Positions 56,129 to 64,000 of a stretch of DNA of 64,000 nt are shown here, piece by piece. The DNA is from the human T2T-CHM13v2.0 reference genome, Homo sapiens: NCBI RefSeq assembly GCF_009914755.1, contig NC_060930.1; one strand, given 5' to 3'. A program made the translations under genes and the position numbers. The notes under the pieces were generated by a model. It was not told the DNA's origin. It was given only the letters and a program-made list of their open reading frames with translations, and searched no databases. Position 1 is the first letter of the stretch; each line of letters starts with the position of its first letter.

Positions 56129-56644
56129 TTACTCTGAAGCCACAGTATACAATAGAGTATAGTACTAGCAAAATGATTCTATAAATCAATGATATTGGCA
56201 AAATTACATTTTTCATGCCTTAATAAAACAGGATGAAAGTTCAGAAATAGACTTACACACATATATAATCAATCATTAACAAAGGTTCCAAAGCAATTCA
56301 ATGGATAAAGGATATCTTTTAAACAAATACTGCTACAACAATTGGACAATCATATGCAAAAAGAGAAACCTCAATTCATATCTCATGAGGTATAAAAAAT
56401 GGAACATAGACCTAAACTGGTAAACCTATAGAAGAAACCACAGAAAAAAAATTGTGACCTGCAATAAGCTAAGTTTTGTTAGAGAGAACACAAAAAACTA
56501 GAACCATAAAATAAAAAATTATAAATTGGGCTTCATCAAAATTAAAAACTTTCACTCTTGAGAGAGGCATTATTAAGAAATAAAAAAGACAATCCCTAGA
56601 CTAGGAAAAAATATTTGCAAGATGTATATCAGATATATGACTGT

Positions 56645-56647
<3 letters not shown>

Positions 56648-56686
<39 letters not shown>
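56648..56686. repeat. (TA)n microsatellite
   Basis: About 19 TA units. Confidence 0.95.
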
Positions 56687-56688
<2 letters not shown>

Positions 56689-56984
56689 CAATTATCAAAA
56701 TGTAATAAGAAGACATCTCCATAAATATATGGGGAAATAATTTTAACAGAAACCTCACAAAAGAAAACATATGAATAGCAATCAAGCACATGAAAAGATG
56801 TATAATGTCAGCATCAGTTGTCATTAAGTAAATATAAATGCAAATTAAAACCACATAAATATGCTGCCACATACTTATTAAAACTGAAAATACCAAGTAC
56901 TGACAAAGATGTAGAGCAACTGGAATATTGCTGGGAGGAATGTAACGCAATTCAGCCATGAAAAATGGTTTGGTAGTTTCTTAT

Positions 56985-58994
<2,010 letters not shown>

Positions 58995-60371
58995 TGGTAG
59001 TTTCTTATAAAATCAAATTTGCACTCTTGATGCAATTCAGAAATTTCACCTTTCAGTATGTAACTAGGAGAAATAAAGACATGAACCTATACATGAATGT
59101 TTGGAGCAGCTTTACTTCTAATTCCTAAAAACTGAAAATAACCAAAAGGTTCATTAGTTGATGAATGGATGAGCAAATTGATATGCATACCACATACCAG
59201 AATATTACTTAAGGATAAAAAAGAACAAACTATGAATATATGCAACAAAATTATGAATCTCAAAGATATTATCCTAATTGAAAAAATCAGTCTCTAAAGC
59301 TACATATTATGTGATTCCAGTTATATGGTGTTCTTGCAAAGACAAAACTATGAAGATAAAAATCAGATTAGTGGTTGCCAGACCTAAGAATGAAGGGACA
59401 GCGTTAAACAAGGGGTGACAGAAATGTTTCATTTTCTGGTGGTGGTGGTTAAATGACTGCATAGTCTGTCAAAATACATAAGACTGTTCACCTAAGAAGG
59501 GCGAGTCATTCCTTATTTGAATGATACCTCAATAAAGAAACAAAAAACGAAAGATCTGCCTTACTAGCCAAAGTGCCGGCATTAAATGGAAATTCTCATA
59601 AAGTGGGATTCTCATAACCAAAGCAGACTTATCTTTATGACGTTAAGGATAATTTTTAATGAATATGAGGAAAAGAAGGAAACTATAACAGTAAAGGCAG
59701 AATTAAAATTTTGTAGTGGAGACTATAAAGAACATAACTGATATGTTAGAAAATGAAATGTGCTATTTGGAAATCAAAATTTAGAAATTCTCACAGAATA
59801 ATGAAAATGCACAGCTATGAAAAACATATGAAGGAGAGAGTGATACAGAAGACTGAAAATGTAGACTTAACCTTAGAAATATCATATTTCTGTGGAAGAA
59901 GAGAAATAAGGGTCAAAAATATGAAGAAACTTGTATATACAGATAGAATAGCATAAGTATGTATAAACAAAAGTGTTCACTGTGCTCCAGGAAGCTCATT
60001 GTACAACTACCCCAAACACAAATGTATACATAGTCTGGGGGAAAATATTGCTGCAAAGATAAAAAGGGAAAATTCTGCAAGGTTTAACTTAATTTTTTTA
60101 AAGCAATTTGAAAGTCCTTTGCAATCTTAAATGACAGATGATAATGACGAAACAGTACTGACTCGGATCATTTAAATGAAATAAAAAGATGGGTAAAAAA
60201 TCTTCTAAATTTTGGTAATTTGGGTAATCTTACTCTTATCTGTCTTATACAGAAATGATTTTGTGTATAGTAAGAAGCCTATTTACCTTTTGAAATCTAT
60301 CATATAAAATAATTAATTAGTATTGGCAAAGTCTAGAGGAGCTTTTGTTATTATTTGTATCATTAAACACG

Positions 60372-60760
60372 GTATTATGGGCTGAATTATCCTCTCCACC
60401 CCCGCCAAAATTCATATGATGAATTTCTAACCCCCCAGTACTTTAGAATGTGACTATATTTGGGAGAGGGTCTTCACAGAGGTAATTAAGTTAAAATGAG
60501 GTCATTAAGTTGGGCTCTAATCCAATTCAGTCAGTATCCTTAAAAGAAGAGGAGATTAGATATACAGGGGGAAGACCAAGTAAAGACACAGGGAGAAGAC
60601 GATCATCAATAAAGCAAGGAGTGAGACTTCAGAAGATGTCAATCCTGCCAACACCTTGACCTTCGACTTCTGGTCTCCAGAACTATGATAAAATACATTT
60701 CTGCAGTTTAAGCCACCCCATTGTGGTACTTTGTTATGACAGCTCTAGCAAAAGAATACA
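60372..60760 (+). mobile_element. MLT1A/MLT1B MaLR LTR
   Basis: gaatgtgactatatttgg...gttaaaatgaggtcatta...ttaagccacccattgtggtactttgttat. Confidence 0.85.
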
Positions 60761-62139
60761 CATAGTAAGAGATTATGTTTGGACTGACAAATGAAATATG
60801 CTTTAAAATTTGTTTTCTGGTTTTGAGGAAGTAGCTTAAGCCAAAGAGAAACAAAGCCATGATTTGCTTTTTAGTTACAGTGTAGCCAAACATCATCTAA
60901 TTGAGTTTTTGAATATGTGGCCTAAACTGGGAAAAGATTAAGCTTACTTATGAGTCAACATCCTTATTCTTTTGTATTTTGTTTGCATTCTTCTCTTGGC
61001 AAATAATGATATGCTTTTGCTTTTCAGAAAAGTGTACATGGATTTTGGGAGGTGGGAGGGTTAACTTTGCATATTGGGGCGTATTTATTACCTTCATATA
61101 TGAAAGAAATAGTCCAAGTTCATTCTGGAGTTAGTGGTAAGAAAGAAAGCATTGCACAACATCCCAGATGTTTCTGCGACAGTTGGGAATTCCTAATGTG
61201 GCTCTGACTTCTATGTGGGAATCAAAGAGGTTTCAGTGACTTTCTTTGCTTGCTATTTCTAGTCTTCAAAGGCCCTTTGAGTTATGTACTATACAATAGA
61301 ATATTCTCTTTGACATTAAAACTTTGATCCATCAGTATTTTCAACCAAAATATATTATAACCCCTCTGAGTACAGTGCAGAGAAACAAACAAACAAAAAA
61401 ATAAATAAATAAAAGGACCAGATTCTGGCTTTCAAAGAAATTCCTAATCCAAACACAGAAAAGTCTGGCAGGATCCTTCATCAGTAAGGTAATGGCAAGC
61501 CAAAGAGAAACCCAAGCAAGGAAGAATGGAAACAGAGGAAGCAAGGAAGATCCTCTTCCATCTTCCACTACCAGAGAGAGAGAGAACAAGCCTAGTATCT
61601 CAGATCTTGCTCGTATGTTTCCTACCTATTCATGTTTAGCAGAACACAAACCAAACACCAAGAATGGAAAGAGGAATGTGAATCCTTTGTCCCCAGTGAT
61701 ACCCTCTGCTTTGTGCTGAACCTGCAAAAGAAATACACCGTGGAGCATCTGGGAAAACAGCACCGGAAACATTCAACTCCACCACAAGACCTTTGCACAG
61801 AATAAGACACCCTTCTCTCCAACCCACTCTCAATGAGAATCTCAGTGAATTCATTGAAAGTGAACACATAAAATGGGAAATTGACAATTCTGAACCATCA
61901 TTCCACTTTATCCTCAATTGTTCCTCTAAACCACCTCCTTTCTTAACTTACCTGTGATGCATTTATGAAAATAATAATGACATATGCGGTTGAGAAAAAA
62001 TTGATTTATTAACAATAAGACATGCTAGAGAAACATATGTAACCGTATTGTCTCAATGAATTATAGCATCACTAATTCTGAGAAAAAGATCATTTTGAAT
62101 TGAGGAAAAGCTGATTTATATGATGCTTTAAAGAAAAGT

Positions 62140-62320
62140 ATAATTATACTTAAGTTCATATAGCAGTTGGGACTAAGTAATATTGTTTATACAATACTTC
62201 TCAGTTTGTATAGATCTTTCAATAACCCTATTATGAAAGAATTATTGTATTCTCTCTTCACAGTTGACAAAACTAAGACTCAAAGACTAAATGACTTGCC
62301 CCAGGGTACTCACATAATAA
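62140..62320 (-). mobile_element. MIR SINE
   Basis: cacagttgacaaaactaagactcaaagactaaatgacttgccccaggg. Confidence 0.65.
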
Positions 62321-62939
62321 ATATTGTTCATATTTTTGAGACTATATTAAGAGTGGTCAAATGGAAGTTTTTCAGTGCCACTCAATTCTGAGAAGGGTAA
62401 ATTAATACTCAGATTATAAAATATGTGTTTAAGACATATACATATATATAATGTTTTGAAATAGTCTGCCTAAAAGACATGAAAATTATTTTCTCTCAAG
62501 AATCTAAACTATGCTTTTCTAAGCGTGTATGTGTGATACTAATTTTCTTTTTAAAAAGTTTTTTTAATATACTATGAAAAACAAAACTTTGGCCCTGTTT
62601 CTGCCTGAATTAGTGTAGACTTTCAGCTAATTGAGTCAGTTAATGACTTTTTTTAAACTGTACATTAAAGAGGTAACATTCTGTTCACTGTGTTCTGTTT
62701 TAAGTGCCATAGTATTAAAAAGGGCAAGGGATTGGCAGAACGAAGTACAACCTCGTTCTATATTTAATTTTTTTTCTACAAGGGTCCAGCAATATAGCAG
62801 ATGTTAAAAGTGACATTTATAGTTCAGGGAACCAAGTGATACACTGCTATCATAGGGAGTTACAGCCAAATCCAGGGAGGGGTTATAGAAAGAGAGAGTA
62901 CATACTAAATTCTTCTGGGGTGCCTTGAAAAGGGAAACA

Positions 62940-63845
62940 GGTGGAGGAGCCAAGATGGCCGAATAGGAACAGCTCCGGTCTACAGCTCTCAGCGTGAGCG
63001 ATGCAGAAGACGGGTGATTTCTGTATTTTCATCTGAGGTACCGGGTTCATCTCACTAGGGAGTGCCAGACAGTGGGCGCAGGTCAGTGGGTGAATGCACC
63101 GTGCGCGAGCCGAAGCAGGGCGAGGCATTGCCTCACTCAGGAAGTGCAAGGGGTCAGGGAGTTCCCTTTCCTAGTCAAAGAAAGTGGTGATGGATGGCAC
63201 CTGGAAAATCGGGTTACTCCCACCCGAATACTGCGCTTTACCGACGGGCTTAAAAAATGGCGCACCAGGAGATTATATCCCGCAATGGCTCAGAGTGTCC
63301 TACACCCACGGAGTCTCGCTGATTGCTAGCACAGAAGTCTGAGATCAAACTGCAAGGCGGCAGCGAGGCTGGGGGAGGGGAGCCCGCCATTGCCCAGGCT
63401 TGCTTAGGTAAACAAAGCAGCCGGGAAGCTCAAACTGGGTGGAGCCCACCACAGCTCAAGGAGGCCTGCCTGCCTCTGTAGGCTCCACCTCTGGGGGCAG
63501 GGCACAGACAAACAAAAAGACAGCAGTAACCTCTGCAGACTTAAATGTCGCTGTCTGACAGCTTTGAAGAGAGCAGTGGTTCTCCCAGCACGCAGCTGGA
63601 GATCTGAGAACGGGCAGACTGCCTCCTCAAGTGGGTCCCTCACCCCTGACCCCCCAGCAGCCTAACTGGGAGGCACCCCCCAGCAGGGGCACACTGACAC
63701 CTCACACAGCCTGGTACTCCAACAGACCTGCAGCTGAGGGTCCTGTCTGTTAGAAGGAAAACTAACAAACAGAAAGGACATCCACACCAAAAACCCATCT
63801 GTACATCACCATCATCAAAGACCAAAAGTAGATAAAACCACAAAG
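62940..63845. promoter_or_regulatory. L1 5'UTR sense and antisense promoter region with intact YY1 site
   Basis: GCCAAGATGGCC at 62949-62960; the only extended CpG-retaining segment apart from young Alus; promoter function inferred from L1 biology. Confidence 0.7.
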
Positions 63846-63992
63846 ATGGGGAAAAAACAGAGCAGAAAAACTGGAAACTCTAAAAAGCAGAGCGCCTCTC
63901 CTCCTCCAAAGGAACGCAGTTCCTCACCAGCAATGGAACAAAGCTGGATGGAGAATGACTTCGACGAGCTGAGAGAAGAAGGCTTCAGATGA
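63846..63992 (+). pseudogene. L1 ORF1 with premature stop at codon 49
   Basis: ...GAA GGC TTC AGA TGA (consensus CGA, Arg) at 63990-63992. Confidence 0.9.
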
Positions 63993-64000
63993 TCAAATTG

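Larger units (their letters stand above)
62940..64000 (+). mobile_element. Young L1 (L1PA2/L1PA3) 5'UTR and ORF1 start; continues beyond the window
   Basis: Starts ggaggagccaagatggccgaataggaacagctcc; ~906-bp 5'UTR; ORF1 ATG at 63846 (MGKKQSRKTGNSKKQSASPPPKER...). Confidence 0.96.

Overview
AT-rich primate (human-like) non-coding DNA, intergenic or intronic. I find no intact protein-coding gene, and no tRNA, rRNA or CRISPR array. Most of the window is transposable-element debris: L1s of many ages (almost all on the + strand), Alus, MaLR/ERV LTRs (THE1, MLT1, MLT2A, MER4, ERV1-type), DNA transposons (MER75B, MER5A, MER2, Cheshire) and L2/MIR. There are three retrocopies of cellular RNAs: a full-length but disrupted EEF1A1 processed pseudogene (33754-36502, -), a tailed U7 snRNA pseudogene (-), and a tailless U5 snRNA fragment ending at loop I (+). 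From 24.9 to 36.5 kb is a deeply nested insertion stack inside a Cheshire hAT element. The window ends in the 5' end of a young L1PA2/3 that lacks the ZNF93-binding segment and has a dead ORF1 and a frameshifted ORF0. Several small templated-repair scars are visible (fold-backs, ectopic local copies). I cannot support a novel coding system. The most speculative functional idea is an MLT2A-LTR-driven transcript of the 3' half of the EEF1A1 retrocopy. Subfamily names are from memory of consensus sequences and need RepeatMasker/Dfam confirmation.
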